NCBI RefSeq assembly: GCF_001194135.2
Contig: NC_068992.1
Location: 8,962,378 to 9,026,377, forward strand
Direction of reading: 5' to 3'
Source of the DNA: Octopus bimaculoides
Taxonomy: Eukaryota
DNA: 64,000 nucleotides
Shown here: one piece after another, positions 1 through 14,149 of the stretch
Numbering within the stretch: position 1 is the first letter of the stretch
How the letters are laid out: each line of letters starts with the position of its first letter
Position numbers and translations under genes: made by a program
The notes under the pieces: model-generated
Told to the model about the DNA's origin: nothing
Seen by the model: only the letters and a program-made list of their open reading frames with translations
Databases searched by the model: none

Positions 1-3000
1 TTTGAAACAAAAAAAAAACAGAAACAAATTTTTCATCATCTATTTAAATAGGAAAATCTTCATCATTATATCAAACACTGTCTATCTCTGTTTCAACTAT
101 CATTGCTAATACTTCCTCTACCATACATACATACACATACATTCTGATATTCACTTTCATCCTGTCTCTATTTATCTCTGGAATCTATAGCATAAACAAT
201 ATGGCTGCATTATTGATAGGTTCGAAATTCTTCAAGTCTTTAGATTAATATTACACATCCAATGGATCATATTTATCTCTCATCTCTCCAACCATTGCCT
301 TCACTGTTAATAATTCACTTTAATGCTATCATCATACGGTATCTTATCAATCATTCACTTAAATGCTATTCTATCATCACAATACCTTTACAGTTGAGTG
401 AGTGAGAATGAACATTCCTACTATCAATAAAAGCAAAAGTTCCAGAAATTTCTCTCTCAATGTGTTTCTGTTTTTTATTCAGTATATGTCATTCATATTT
501 ATCTGTCTACATCGTTGTAGTTATAAACTTATACATTCTAATCATTTCCAACACAATATAGTCATTTTAAAAAAATTCACTCACCATCAATCTCATTCAA
601 AGTGACACACACAACACATACACAGTTTCTTGATTTTCAATTGTTGAAGGGTTTCATATAAACTGCAACTATATAGCACCCAGCGTTCAAGAGTTAAGGA
701 GGAGAGGAATCTGACTTTTGGAGACTGATCTTCCTACATACTGAACTTGATCCTTTTACTGCAGATGCAATTAAATTTTGAAGGTTCCTACCAAGAAGAA
801 TTCTCATGCTATCTAGGCCCTTCCATTCTAACTCTTTCCAAGCTGTGAGTTTTGTGCAGTTCCAAGATTGATCCAGCAATGAAAGCAAAGTAACCTAAAT
901 ATAAAAGGAATTCTTTTAAAGACAGATGTCTCAAAATTTAGCACAAGGTCAACGATTTTAAGGACAGGTGGCAAGTTGATCACATCAACCTCAGTACTCA
1001 GAATTCTATTGACCTCAAAAAGATGGAAAGTAAATTGACTTTGGCAGTATTTGAATTCAAAATGTAAAGTGCTGGGATAAAGACTTCAAGACATTTTATG
1101 AGACTTTATTCCTTTTTTCTTTTACTTGTTTCAGTCATTTGACTGCGACCATGCTGAAGTGCCACCTTTAGTCGAACAAATCGGCCCCAGGACTTATTCT
1201 TTGTAAGCCTGATACTTATTCTATCAGTCTCTTTTGCCGAACTGCTAAGTTACAGGGACATAAACACACCAACATCGGTTGTCAAGCAATGGTAGGGGGG
1301 GGACAAACACAGACACAAATATATATATATACATATATATATATATGTGACGGGCTTCTTTCAGTTTCTATCTACCAAATCCACTCACAAGGCTTTGGTC
1401 AGCCGGAGGCTATAGTAGGAGACACTTGCCCAAGATGCCACACAACGGGACCGATCCTGTAAATATTACACTGTATATATGACACAGTATTGATATATTT
1501 TAAGAATTTTAAGTAGATTAATAGATATCAAACAGATCTTGCTTTGGAAGTTTATTAATTTGAATCCATTAAATACAATTTAGTGCTTTATGCTTCAGAG
1601 TTTATTTTACCCTTTAAGTATATATTTCGACTGTCTCCAGAAAACTGGAAAATCCAGAAATCTATGTCTGAAATACAGCCGTAGAAACTCTGCCAGATCA
1701 GATTGGAGCCTGATGCAGCCTTCTGGCTTGCTAGTCCTCGGTCAAATCGTCCAACCCATGCTAGCATGGAAAGCGGACGTTAAACGATGATGATGATGAT
1801 TAAATTTCCTTTATCTTATCTGATTCCATCATACCTAATTATAGTGTACTATCAGATTTCTGAACCTATCTGTTTTTTCTTTAACATTCTCATTAGGTAA
1901 TTAATTGTACCCTATCACTTACAAGCATTTTCCTCACTATTCATTTACAAGCTCTATTAAACTCAAATTCCATCCCAATGTTTTACCTAAAACCCCTATA
2001 TCGTTTACACTAATGACTTGATGTACTGTCAGTTCTCTGCAAACAGCTTCAAATTATCCACGAATAGATTATTTTTATGTTCCCTGCAATTAATAAGTCA
2101 GTGTAATAATGACAATGGTATCAGGTATATCATATACACACAATTTTTTTAAAAATATAAAAAAAAAAAAAGAACAGTCATGCTAAAAATTTATCTGGTG
2201 ACCTGGATAAATCCTAAATCTTCATCAAAATCACTTCAGCTATCTATTTACCATCTTATATAAGTGTGCTCTATGTGGAACACAGGAAGAGGAAGACTGC
2301 TTGATTCTACCTGTAGTCTCTATTAGAATTGCTTCATTTTGTTGTTTAGCCTTCTTTGCTGAGCAGAGCATGCAACAGAATAATTAAATTTGGATTGTAA
2401 GAGACACAACACCTCTGTCTACGCTCTACAGTGAGGACCAACAGACGAGCAAAACAATTGTGTTTTTTATGAGTCACTTATACCATGAGGAACAAGGCAT
2501 GAAATGTATCAGGATAAATCATTGAGGGGATGCATACAGAATTATAGTGGTGCTGTTACCCTTACTGATACTTAGAAGGAAAGAGGTATGGAAATGATGC
2601 TATGAGTGATTGCTAAATGAAGAGAATGTGTAGGTGCACAAAGAAGTTAAACTCTCAGTGAACCCAACAGAGGGACCAGCTATTGAAGATTACTTCTATA
2701 CAAAGGCTGTTGGGCTATGAATAAAACGAAAACAGACTTTACAGGAATAATTACTAAGATACCAAAAGATTTCCATTCATTCAAGTAACACATGCTGGTT
2801 ATGAGCATACACAATGAGGCTATTGCTTAGTCCCAGGTCAAAACCATTCCAACTATGACCATCAAAGCCTATATTCCAAGGACTATGCTTTTTAATATAT
2901 CCTTATTTATTCAAGATGGTAGATGGGATTTCTGAGAATTTAACTACTTTTTCTGGCAGACTGAGCAGCCACAGAAAATTTTCAGAAGATATTAAACTGA

Positions 3001-3059
3001 CCAACCTGTGAAAGTAGCAGAGTTATACCAATGCTAATCAAAGAGAGAACTAGCTAAGA

Positions 3060-4040
3060 AGACAGGCAGTTTGGATATTACCAAGATAAGGGACGGATCT
3101 AGTTTAAAACGGGGGCACCAGTTTTCATTTATGTTTTATGTAGTGTTTTTGGTACCGAAAGACTTTCAAACTTCGTATACTTATCTATTTTGTGTTATAA
3201 AACAGAAAATAATTTTTGTATTCGAAGTTATTTCATGTAAAAAATTGTCTTATTTCGATAATTTCAACCAATCACTGACAAGTATTCAGCTGTTTACAGT
3301 TACTCCTTTGGCAGTTTAAGCGGTGTAAAGCGTACTTAATCTCCATTACTTCTGACATTTTGCAGAGAGGCAACACACGTGTGTTCGNNNNNNNNNNNNN
3401 NNNNNNNNNNNNNNNNNNNNNNNNNNNNNNNNNNNNNNNNNNNNNNNNNNNNNNNNNNNNNNNNNNNNNNNNNNNNNNNNNNNNNNNNNNNNNNNNNNNN
3501 NNNNNNNNNNNNNNNNNNNNNNNNNNNNNNNNNNNNNNNNNNNNNNNNNNNNNNNNNNNNNNNNNNNNNNNNNNNNNNNTTAGCTACTGCCAATATGCTT
3601 CAGCCATTTTTTGACAAGGAAATAATAATTTTATCACCGCCAGAATCGTTTGAGAATCGTTTGTTTACGTAGTCAGCACTTAATGTATTCGGCTGAATGG
3701 ACGTCAGTCATTGGTTGAAATTACAGAAATACGACAACTTTAACATGAAATAAGTTGCAATATAATAATTTTTCTTAAGAAGACTAAGAGAAAAAGATAT
3801 TTTATATGACACATTCTACCAGTGTCCCAAGTTTCAAAGTGTTTCGTTAAGAAAATACTGGCGCCCCCGTTTTGAACTAGATCCTAAGGGACTACTGATG
3901 CTCTCTTCTTAGTGATGTAACTACAGGTGAAGTTCTTAGCCAATAACAAACAACTATTCCTGGCATTTGTTGACTTGAGAGAGAGCTTTAACAGGGTACC
4001 ATGCACAGCAGTTTGGTGATCACTAACAAAACTAGGACCA
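3060..4040 (+). mobile_element. RTE-clade LINE RT fragment, interrupted by the MITE at 3095-3884
   Basis: Removing the MITE and one TSD gives RQFGYYQDKGTTDALFLVM*LQVKFLANNKQLFLAFVDLRESFNRVP, matching the RTE motif QFGF.PGRSTTDAIF...FVDLEKAFDRVP. Confidence 0.8.
3095..3884. mobile_element. Non-autonomous DNA transposon with GG-terminal TIRs and 8-bp TSD (Merlin-like, tentative)
   Basis: Left GGATCTAGTTTAAAACGGGGGCACCAGT; right end reverse-complements to GGATCTAGTTCAAAACGGGGGCGCCAGT. Identical taagggac at 3087-3094 and 3885-3892. Contains the N-gap 3388-3580. Confidence 0.88.
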
Positions 4041-4571
4041 GAATTCTCTGCCAAAATTTCACATGAAAATCATATCACTGGATTAATGTTGCACTATTAA
4101 CTTTTCATCATCTAACATATACCACAATGGTTGCACAGCAGATTTTCTGGTAAATTTTAAAGACAGTAACATTAAACTGCCCTCAGCAACCTTTTCTTCT
4201 TCAAAACTACAGTTGTTGAATGTCTGATTTGTTGTACTGTAAATGACATTTCTCTTTTTTTCCTTTTCAATAGGTTTCTGTTTCAAACTATTTGCATCTC
4301 ATTCTGTATCATTGTAATCCAATACTACACAGCTTATATGCTTATAACTGATTAATGCAAATTCGTTAATGGCAGGGATAATGCTCATATTATTTAAATG
4401 AGTCTTTAGAATTTGGTTTTTGATTTCTCCAAAAGTATTCATTTTCCATCTTCATTAATTTCTTTCACACATTTTCCCTTCATTCTTTCATAATAATGAA
4501 CCAAAAAGAGAGCCTCTACGCAGTCATTCCATCTTTTTCACTCAAAATAGCAGCCAAACCTTCTTCAAATT

Positions 4572-4945
4572 ACTCTTTTTACTCTTTTACTCGTTTCAGT
4601 CATTTGATTGCAGCCATGCTGGAGCACCGCCTTTAGTCAATCAAATCGACCCCAGGACTTATTCTTTGTAAGCCTAGTACTTATTTTATTGGTCTCTTTT
4701 TGCCGAACTGGTAAGTTACGGGGGACGTAAACACACGAGCATCGGTTGTCAAGCGATGTTGGGGAGACAAACACAGACACACATATATATATATATATAT
4801 ACATATATACGACAGGCTTCTTTCAGTTTCCATCCATCAAATCCTCTCACAAGGCTATAGTAGAAGACACTTGCCCAAGGTGCCACACAGTGGGACTGAA
4901 CCCGGAACCATGTGGTTGGTTCCCGGTTCAGTCCCACTCTCAACT
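4572..4945 (-). mobile_element. SINE family A (representative; tRNA-like head, GGCAAGTGTCTTCT central motif, AGTAAAAG tail)
   Basis: More than 20 full or partial copies, e.g. 1110-1455, 7445-7620, 7860-8258, 17480-17708, 18820-19163, 32960-33355, 47445-47790, 52450-53310, 53560-53945, 56270-56600. Probably one of the described octopus SINEs; not assigned. Confidence 0.85.
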
Positions 4946-5486
4946 ATTTTTAACAAAGTAAGATACACAGAACAATGCAGAAATTGGGATAAAACAAAAA
5001 AGACAGGATAGCCACAGGCAACTAAAACACCTTTGATCATAGGCCTGCTTGTTTAGGGACCAGGGGTTGAACAACCAATAATTGTATTTCAATATTGCAA
5101 AGAGAGCTGGTGCTAAAAGAAGAGTGATGACTTACAAAGTTTATACCATTTAGTTTGCTATCTCATATTTCTGATATCAAATACTGGTAAGATTGATGTT
5201 TTGGATTAACTATAATAGATCAATACAAAAAGATGCAAAGATGCATGCAGTTTCAAATTTTTCACTTCAGCCATTCATTTATCCTCAATATACATTCTCT
5301 CAGCTCACATGACATTTCAAATGACCTCACACAAAATTGTTTCAGAGTACTCTAAAAACTTTTTGCAGACTAGAATTTCAGGCTATCCATCAAAAGATTT
5401 GGGATAAAACTGGTTCTCAATCTGCCTGTATAATATGTAAATTACTGTTTTTTTTGTTTTGTTCTGTTTTAGCAAGTTTTACACAC

Positions 5487-5584
<98 letters not shown>

Positions 5585-8500
5585 ACAAACATATATATAT
5601 TCGTGTGTGTGTTTATGTCCCCATAACTTAGTGGTTCAGCCACTAATGTTCCCTACATTAAATAATTAACCAACCTTTGGTTAATTCTCTAAGTTTCTCT
5701 TCAACTAATAACCAAAAATATTTACTACAACAAATTCAGCTTGGTTTCAGAAACTAATCTTCAAAGAAAAGGTACATCCAAATATAATAGAGCACAGAAG
5801 AGATTTAACTCTTACCTGATTATATATCTAATGAAGAGACTGTCTATTTCTTTCAATAAATATTTCAATATAATCAACATTTTGAAGGCTTTAGAAAAAT
5901 ATAACTTTATACACTGCAGGACCAATTATCTGACAAGCTTGGGACTAGAAGTATCCAAGACTTCTGGAGACAGTCTAAATATATACTTAAAATATAAAAT
6001 AGACTATGAAAAGTAAAGAGCTAATCATCATCGTTGTTTAACGTCTGCTTTCCATGCTAGCATGGGTTGGACGATTTGACTGAGGACTGGTGAACCAGAT
6101 GGTTGCACCAGGCTCCAATCTGATCTGGCAGTGCTTCTACAGCTGGATGCCCTTCCTAACACCAACCACTCTGAGAGTGTAGTGGGTGCTTTTACGTGCC
6201 ACTGGCACGAGAGCCAGTCTAGCGGTACTGGCAACAGCCACACTCAAAAAGGTGTTTTTTTACGTGCCACCTGCACAGGAGTCGGTCCAGCGGCATTGGC
6301 AATAAACTCGCTCGAATGTTTTGTTCACGTGCCAGTAAGGTGACGCTGGTCTAAATTGTATTTACAACATTCAAATTAATACACTTCTACAGCAGGGTTT
6401 GATATTTACTAATCCACTTAAAATTCTTAAAACATAACATACTGTATCATTTATACACTCTAATGTTTATAGAGTGCAAATTTAACAGATATGGGAACAA
6501 ATACACTTCTAAAGCAGATTATGCTGAATTTTTGCCAATCCATTAAAAAAAATAAATAACAAGACTAGTTTTAACACACCATAAATAAATCACCCAACAA
6601 CAAAAACAGGGGTTGTTTACTCAATACAGGGTACAGTTTACTGCATGGTATTACACAGTATTCCTGGATTTTTAGGAGTCATATAAGAGGCCCACTACTG
6701 TATTATGTTGGTGTTAATCAAATGAAATCTTATTCTAGGTTATATGAGTTTCTGATAGAAATTTTAATTTGAATACAAGCACTTTAGTTTGTGGTGACAT
6801 CAGACAGATTGGTACCAAAATAGTTTAAAATAAGCAAATGACAACTGAGAAGAGAAGTATAAATCCACGTACAAATACTTATGCTCTTTTAACTACTGTC
6901 TTCCTATGAAAGCGTGATGCATGTAATTTTAGATAGAGGAAATTAATAGAAAGTTTTAAGATTTATGCTTTTCCTAAGGGTATTAGCAACATAAGTGAAT
7001 AAACTCCCAACTTAGATTCCAATTTCAATTTGCCAAGAATTTAGCATTGCATTAGAGAACCTGCCACCAGCTACGGAAATATTGATAACTATAGTGACAA
7101 GAATACAGAGAATGATACAATGATAGAATATACTTCATTTTCCTCGACTGAATAATCAGAAAATCTTAATCCCAAATGATTCAAAACATATGAAACACAT
7201 GAACAACTTAAAAACAGAAATGATAAAGCAATGAAAATAGCAACTGTTGCTGTATCAAGTATTAACATACGATTTTTTAATTTTTTACTTTTATTAATTT
7301 GTTCTTACACATTTTATAGATTCTTGTACTGGTTTCAGTCATTGGATTATGGCCATGAGGTCTGGTATTTATTTTATCAATTGCTATTTGTCCATCCACT
7401 AAATTATAAGACCTAAAGAGACACAAGAAAATAAATACACACAGACACACATTGTGTGGTTAAAAAGCTTGCTTGCCGACCATATGGTCTTGGGTTCAGT
7501 CCCACTGTGCGACACCTTGGACAAGTGTCTTCTACAATAGAAGCCAAAGCCTTGTGAGTGGATTTGGTAGACAGAGACTGAAAGAAGCCCATCATGTGTA
7601 TGTACACATACATCCATATATGTGTGTGTGTGTTTTTCTCTCTCATATCTCCTTGTCTTGACATCATGCATTAGTTGTAAAATAATTGTCACTGCCATAC
7701 AAGCAGTGTCATTCCCTTCCATTATTCTGCACGAACATGTCTTACCGTGGGAAAATATTACTTTACTTGGAAACAGATAGGGGTTGGTGACAGGAAGGGC
7801 AACATGGAAAAGTGGACATTAAAATGATGATGACCATTACAGTGATGATATATATTTATACGTGACTGTGTGGTAAGAAGCTTGCTTCCCAACCACATGG
7901 TTCCAGGTTCAGTTGCTCTGTGTGGCACTTTGAGCATCTTCTAGAATAGCCTGAGACTGACCAAAGCTTTGTGAGTAGATCTGGTAGATGGAAACTGAAA
8001 GAAGCTTGTTGTGTATATATATATACATTTATGTGTGTGTGTCTTTGTGTCTGTGTTTGTACACCCACCATTGCTTGACATCTGATGTTAGTGTGTTTAC
8101 ATCCCCATAGCAGTTCAGCAAAAGAGGCCGATACAATAAGTACTAGGCTTACAAAGAGTAAGTCCTGGGGTTTATTTCTTTGACTAAAAAAAACATTTAA
8201 GGCAGCGCTCGAACATGGCCACAGTCAAAAATGACTGAAACAAGTAAAAGAATAAAAGNNNNNNNNNNATATAAATAAATAAATAAATATCAATGTTTCA
8301 CAAATGGACACTTGTGTAACTGTGTGGTTAAGAATTCATTTTTGCAACCACACACAAACTATCTTGATAGTTTGTATATAAACATGAGTGGATTGTTTTG
8401 AATTATTCATTCATCTAGTGATGTAGACTTTACAGTAAGTGTAAGGCAGTATTATGAAAAAGTAAAACTAAATTCAACTGCTCAAGCTAGTTTCTAGTTA

Positions 8501-9258
8501 ATAAAATTCAGCTTCGCCTCTTACTTGCTATGTGGAGTTCAGTTATGTTTCTTACTCCGTGGAGTTCAGTTTGCAGAGAAGCCATTTGTACTCTGAAATG
8601 TGTTTCATAGCATCTAATAATGGCTATGAATAGCTAATGAAATCCAATTGGTTAAACAGCCAGCCGTCTTCGCAACAATTTCCTCTGGCTTCCTGTCCTG
8701 CTTGCCTAATGTCATTTATCACTTAACAGATCTTTATATAAGCTTTGTATTGTCTTTACACACACAGACATACGAGATTTTATATTAACTGTAACCATCA
8801 GTCTGGAAATAATCTATTGCATTTTGACTATTTATTAACCATTCATTTTTTTCCTTTTCTTTTTTTCTTCGCCAGTATCAAATTACATCCACATTAAAGT
8901 CTTTTGTCATACAGCTTTCACCTGGTCACATATTTTTCTCCATTCTGTCTACTTGAATTCAGTAAACGGTTGGTTTTTATAAGTAGGGTACTTTCTTTCA
9001 TCTCTATTTCAAATTTTTTTTTCCTTTTTCTTCTTTTTTCAGCAAATAATGTGAATACATCGTCAGAGAGGAATAGTAGATAGGTATGTCTCTGTTTGGT
9101 TGTTGTCTGGTGTTGTCAGAATAATGTGATAAAATTTAGTCAGGTCAAAAATGCAAAGAGAACTGACCTGTTTGTCATAACCTACTCTTTCACAAGTTGA
9201 TGATTTTTCATGTCATTTGAGCTGATGCTACTATAAAACTATTATAAAAAAAAAGGTA

Positions 9259-9631
9259 TTAAACTCTTTAGCATTCAGAGCATTCTGTCAAATTGCTTTA
9301 TATTCACATTGTTTTGAATTAATCATGCTTTATCTCATAGATTCAAGATTTCGATGATCATCATCATCATCATCATCGTTTAACGTCCGCTTTCCATGCT
9401 AGCATGGGTTGGACGATTTGACTGAGGACTGGTGAAACCGGATGGCAACACCAGGCTCCAGTCTGATTTGGCAGAGTTTCTACAGCTGGATGCCCTTCCT
9501 AACGCCAACCACTCAGATGATGTGATTGCTTATTTTTAGAATGACATTGTAAAGTATGTGCGGGAAGCCAGATTTGACCAGATTGAACATAAAACAGGTA
9601 GAATATGCTGGTCTAAGTGCTAAAGGCTTAA
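9259..9631. mobile_element. piggyBac-like MITE (TTAA-flanked) with nested SINE
   Basis: Ends ttaa-actctttagca ... tgctaaaggc-ttaa. A related copy starts ttaaccctttagcattcag at about 17062. A SINE family B copy sits at about 9355-9520, flanked by gatgat. Confidence 0.6.
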
Positions 9632-9739
9632 AGCCTGTCAAATAGTGTGATGGACTACCCAAAATAAATTTTCTGATAGATATCCTACACAGAAAAAGAT
9701 GGAATGCTGCAAAAATATTAAAATTTTCTTTTTAAAAAC

Positions 9740-10460
9740 AATGAGAATGGTAGTTAATCTGTGTGATTAGTGGTTGTATGAGGATGGAATCTCCTGCCTT
9801 GGTCTTCCTGTCTAGCTTTAGAGAGACATGCAAAACGTGTGCACCCCTCTTGTGGCGGATGTCAATCATAATATGCAAGAGGCTGAGAAGACCCCTAGCT
9901 GTGTTAGCTGGGGAGCAGTGGTGTTGTTGGAGCAGAACTTGAAATATGAGGGGCATCACAGACAACATCCAGTCTACAAATCTGCAGAAAGCAAAATTTA
10001 TTATATTTGTTATAATACTCAGAAGTGGTTGAGAAGATTGATAGGTCTGAAGGCAGACACTTTCCTCTTCAGTCAAATCCTCATCAACTTTATTAATTTC
10101 CATTTGAAGAGGAAGGTGAGGGCAAATTGGGAGATGCTGCACTTGGGTAACTTAGCTAAAAGGTGAGTGAAACTGGCCCACATGAGTGATCTATGTAGAT
10201 GAACCTACCCTTAGCATGTGCCTGGAGGCCACAGAACATCTGGGAAAGGAACTTCACCATTGGTAGTAGGCTAGTGCTGAATCTGTGGGACTATTTGTTT
10301 GGCTTAGATTGCTGTCCCCTATTGGCAAATCTCATTTCATTCATTTTGTATGCTGTTGTTTCCCATAACTGGTTTGCATTTATTTACACAATTCTTGCAC
10401 TCTTCTGTAATTTGTGTATACAACATCCCCTCATATGTTGCCCTTTTGGCAAATAAAATC
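9740..10460 (+). mobile_element. LINE 3' fragment (L1/Tx1-like ORF2 C-terminus)
   Basis: GLKADTFLFSQILINFINFHLKRKVR (ORF 9828..10166) recurs at 15790-15975. The clade assignment is from memory. Confidence 0.6.
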
Positions 10461-11076
10461 ATCATCGTTATCATTAAGGTGAAGAGCTGGTAGAATTGTT
10501 AGCAAGCTGGCCAAAAGACTTCAGAGCATTTCAACCCGAATTCTGCCCAGGTCAACTTTCATCCTTTCAGGGTCATTAAGACAAGAACCAGCTGAGCATA
10601 ACTCCTGGCCTTGTGCCAAAATCTGAATCCATTATTATTTATTCATCACCATCATCATCATCATCGTCGTTTAACGTCCACTTTCCATGCTAGCATGGAT
10701 TGGACGATTTGACTGAGGACTGGTGAAACCGGATGGCTACACCAGGCTCCAATCTGATTTGGCAGAGTTTCTACAGCTGGATGCCCTTCCTAACGCCAAC
10801 CATTCTGAGAGTGTAGTGGGTGCTTTTACGTGCCACCGGCACGAAGGCCAGCCAGGCGTACTTATTATCATAAATTTTTTTTTGATAAAACAGTATCTTT
10901 TTCTTGTTTTAAAAAAAGAAAAATTAAACAATTTCAGTTGATATTGTTTTGAACTTACATTTTTGATAATCTGATATTCTTTCTTAAAAGTAAGAAGTAN
11001 NNNNNNNNNNNNNNNNNNNNNNNNNNNNNNNNNNNNNNNNNNNNNNNNNNNNNNNNNNNNNNNNNNNNNNNNNNNN

Positions 11077-11354
11077 TTACACAATTCTTGCACTCTTCTG
11101 TAATTTGTGTATACAACATCCCCTCATATGTTGCCCTTTTGGCAAATAAAATCATCATCGTTATCATTAAGGTGAAGAGCTGGTAGAATTGTTAGCAAGC
11201 TGGCCAAAAGACTTCAGAGCATTTCAACCCGAATTCTGCCCAGGTCAACTTTCATCCTTTCAGGGTCATTAAGACAAGAACCAGCTGAGCATAACTCCTG
11301 GCCTTGTGCCAAAATCTGAATCCATTATTATTTATTCATCACCATCATCATCAT
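11077..11354 (+). repeat. 278-bp exact duplicate of 10384-10661 immediately after an N-gap
   Basis: Base-by-base identical by eye; offset 693 bp. Confidence 0.9.
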
Positions 11355-12919
11355 TAATTTTATTATTACTATCATTAAAAAATAAAGAAATCATTATTAT
11401 TATGGTTGTTTACGATTATATTTTTTTTATTGTTTACACATCTTCAAAAGATTTGTTGATGTTTTTAGATTTGTTTAAGGTCAAATTTAAAACAATTTTT
11501 TTCTTTCTTTCATCTTACTGAAAATTGCATTTATTTTTTAATATTACTATTATTTTCCTTTTCCATGTGCAAAATATTTGTTGAGCTTAACAATGACATT
11601 TGAGGTGTTGGTAATCTAATAATCAGTGATGTAATATTGATTTCTAACAGAGATAACAAAACCAAAATATGCTGGGGGAGAATTATAGTCGATTATATCA
11701 ATCCCAGTAATCAAGAGGTTCTTTATTTTATCAACATCAAGAAGGACAAAATACAAAGTCAACTCCAACTAGATTTGAATTCAAAACAAAGAAACAACAT
11801 GTTAACTACCATGTGGTATTTTCTCAGTCCAACATTTCAATCAGTTGACTGCCCTTATGATGTAATGTAGAAACCAAGAAAATTTGACATTCGACTTATC
11901 TCTTTTAATACAAACCTACCAGGAGCTGATCATGATAGTCTTTGTATTTAAATTGAAATTTCAATTTAAATTTCATTTAACTCAAATGAGAGTACAATGT
12001 CACATTATGAATCTCTATGCAGTTGCATGACCTGCAAAAGATAGCAGCAAGACCTCATTCAAACTACACCTTGTCATCATTTATAAAACTAAAACACTGT
12101 AGCTATATGGGAAGCCTGCTTTCCAGCCACATAGATCCAAGTTCACTGCATGATACCTTGGGCAAGTGTCTTCTACTGCAGCCAGAGGCTAACCAAAACC
12201 TTCTGAGTGGATTTGGTAGACAGAAACTGATAGAAGCTCTTCATATACATATGAATGGATCTGAGTAAGTTTTTAATTAAAATCTTCCACCAAACCTTAG
12301 TCACAATTTATGTTCCTATGATAACTAAGTTATTTTACTAAATTCTTTGTTATATTTAAAATTAATTGAAAGAAACACAGAGCATCTCAAAATAAATACA
12401 GTAACGAAAGGGTTAAAGATAGTTTGTTAAACCACCAGAAAGTATTCATTACATTGATAATTCAATTGACACATATTGTCAGTGTACTCATTAGAAATCT
12501 AGTCACAAAAGGGTTAAATTCATTGTTAAGCTTCCTTTGCCATTTATAAACGCTACTGTTCTTTGACTTACAAATTATTATTTTGTGTAGCTATGCCAAT
12601 ACCAAGAGACATTGAAATGACAGCTCTCAGTTATATAATTACATTTTGTGATAAAAAGAAAAGACTTCATACCTTTGTATTAGTGAAATTATACTACTTA
12701 ATATAAATGAACTGGATGAGGGGTGGGGGAAACTGAGTTTTTTTAAATTTTTTTTTTTAACTGCTTTGGGGAAGAAATAGAGAGAAAGAAAATTTTAAGA
12801 CCCCTAATTATGTGCCTATCTCGTATATTACAATACTCTAACAGTGAATGTAACTATTTTAGAATTACTTTTTAGAATATATTTTGCAAACACGTTTAAC
12901 ATTACTCTCAACTAAACTG

Positions 12920-12967
<48 letters not shown>

Positions 12968-14149
12968 TTTCATTTTCTTTCTTCAGCTGCATTTATCTGT
13001 CTGCAGATCTATCTGTCTTCCTCGCATATACAGCTTTAATCTTTATTTACCTACCTGGTGTCTGTTAGTCTCTCTCTCTCTCTTTCTTCCTCATATACAC
13101 ATCATCATTAAAGATCATTTGTCTTCCTTTTATCTACTAACTTACCAGTCAGTCTGCTCAGTCTCTTTACTCACCCACCACTCTACAAATTCTCCAGTCT
13201 CTTTTCACACATTTCCTTTCTTTCTCTTCCTAAAGCGTCGCCCCCCCCTCCTTTCTACCTTTTCTTTTATACAAAGTACAAATATCTTCTTTTCCTCCCA
13301 CACATTCTGATCTAAATTTTTCCTCCATTTTGTTTTTTCGCTTCATTATATTATGTCTCCTCATTTATCATTACAGACTGATTCCTTGAAGCAGTTGACA
13401 CTTATTGTCAATGTCTTTGTATCTTAATATTCTGAAAGGAAAACAAACTAACAAGATCCTCCCTTTCTATTTTACTCATCAAAGCCTCACTTTAATTAAA
13501 CGAAGGCTTGGAAGAAATCATTTATGTAAGGGAGCAAGATTTTACAATAAGGAAGCAATGGCAAATAATCCCTTGAAGGACAACATTGGGTATATTTTGA
13601 ATGTTACAGTTTGTTTAGTGGTGGGTCAGCATTAGTTGAGTAGTCACGTAATCAGAGGTATTCCAGCCAAGATTGTTCAGCCTTGTATATCTAGGACAAC
13701 ATTGTTCAGTGTGACCTTCCATTTTCAAGCAGGTCAAGCAACAGCTTAGAGGCTCCCTTTTTTAGTTTAATTAACTATATTTTTCATATAGTTGTAAATG
13801 ATAGAGTAATGTTATGAAAACATTTAGAAAATCATCTGATTATGGGAGCTAGACTTATGAAACTATAACTTAAGAAAAAAATTACAATAAGTTCAATGCT
13901 TATTTTATAGTCTATGATAGCAAAAATGGGTTAATTTTGTAAATTAGACACAAAAATCTCATTTCACCAAAACAAATGCAAATTTTGTTATTTTAAACCA
14001 TCGTGTATATTTTAAAATAAACTTTTATTCAACTCTGTTATGTAATATATTATTTTAAAGGCACTAATTTCAGTCTGTTGAGTTATGCTTGAGTTTTTAT
14101 TTTCACTGTTTATTTTAGGATGTCAAATATACAGATAGGAAAAATAAAT

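Noticed and set aside
9732-10166. Host protein-coding gene
   Set aside because: Repeated at 15790-15975 and consistent with a LINE ORF2 C-terminus.
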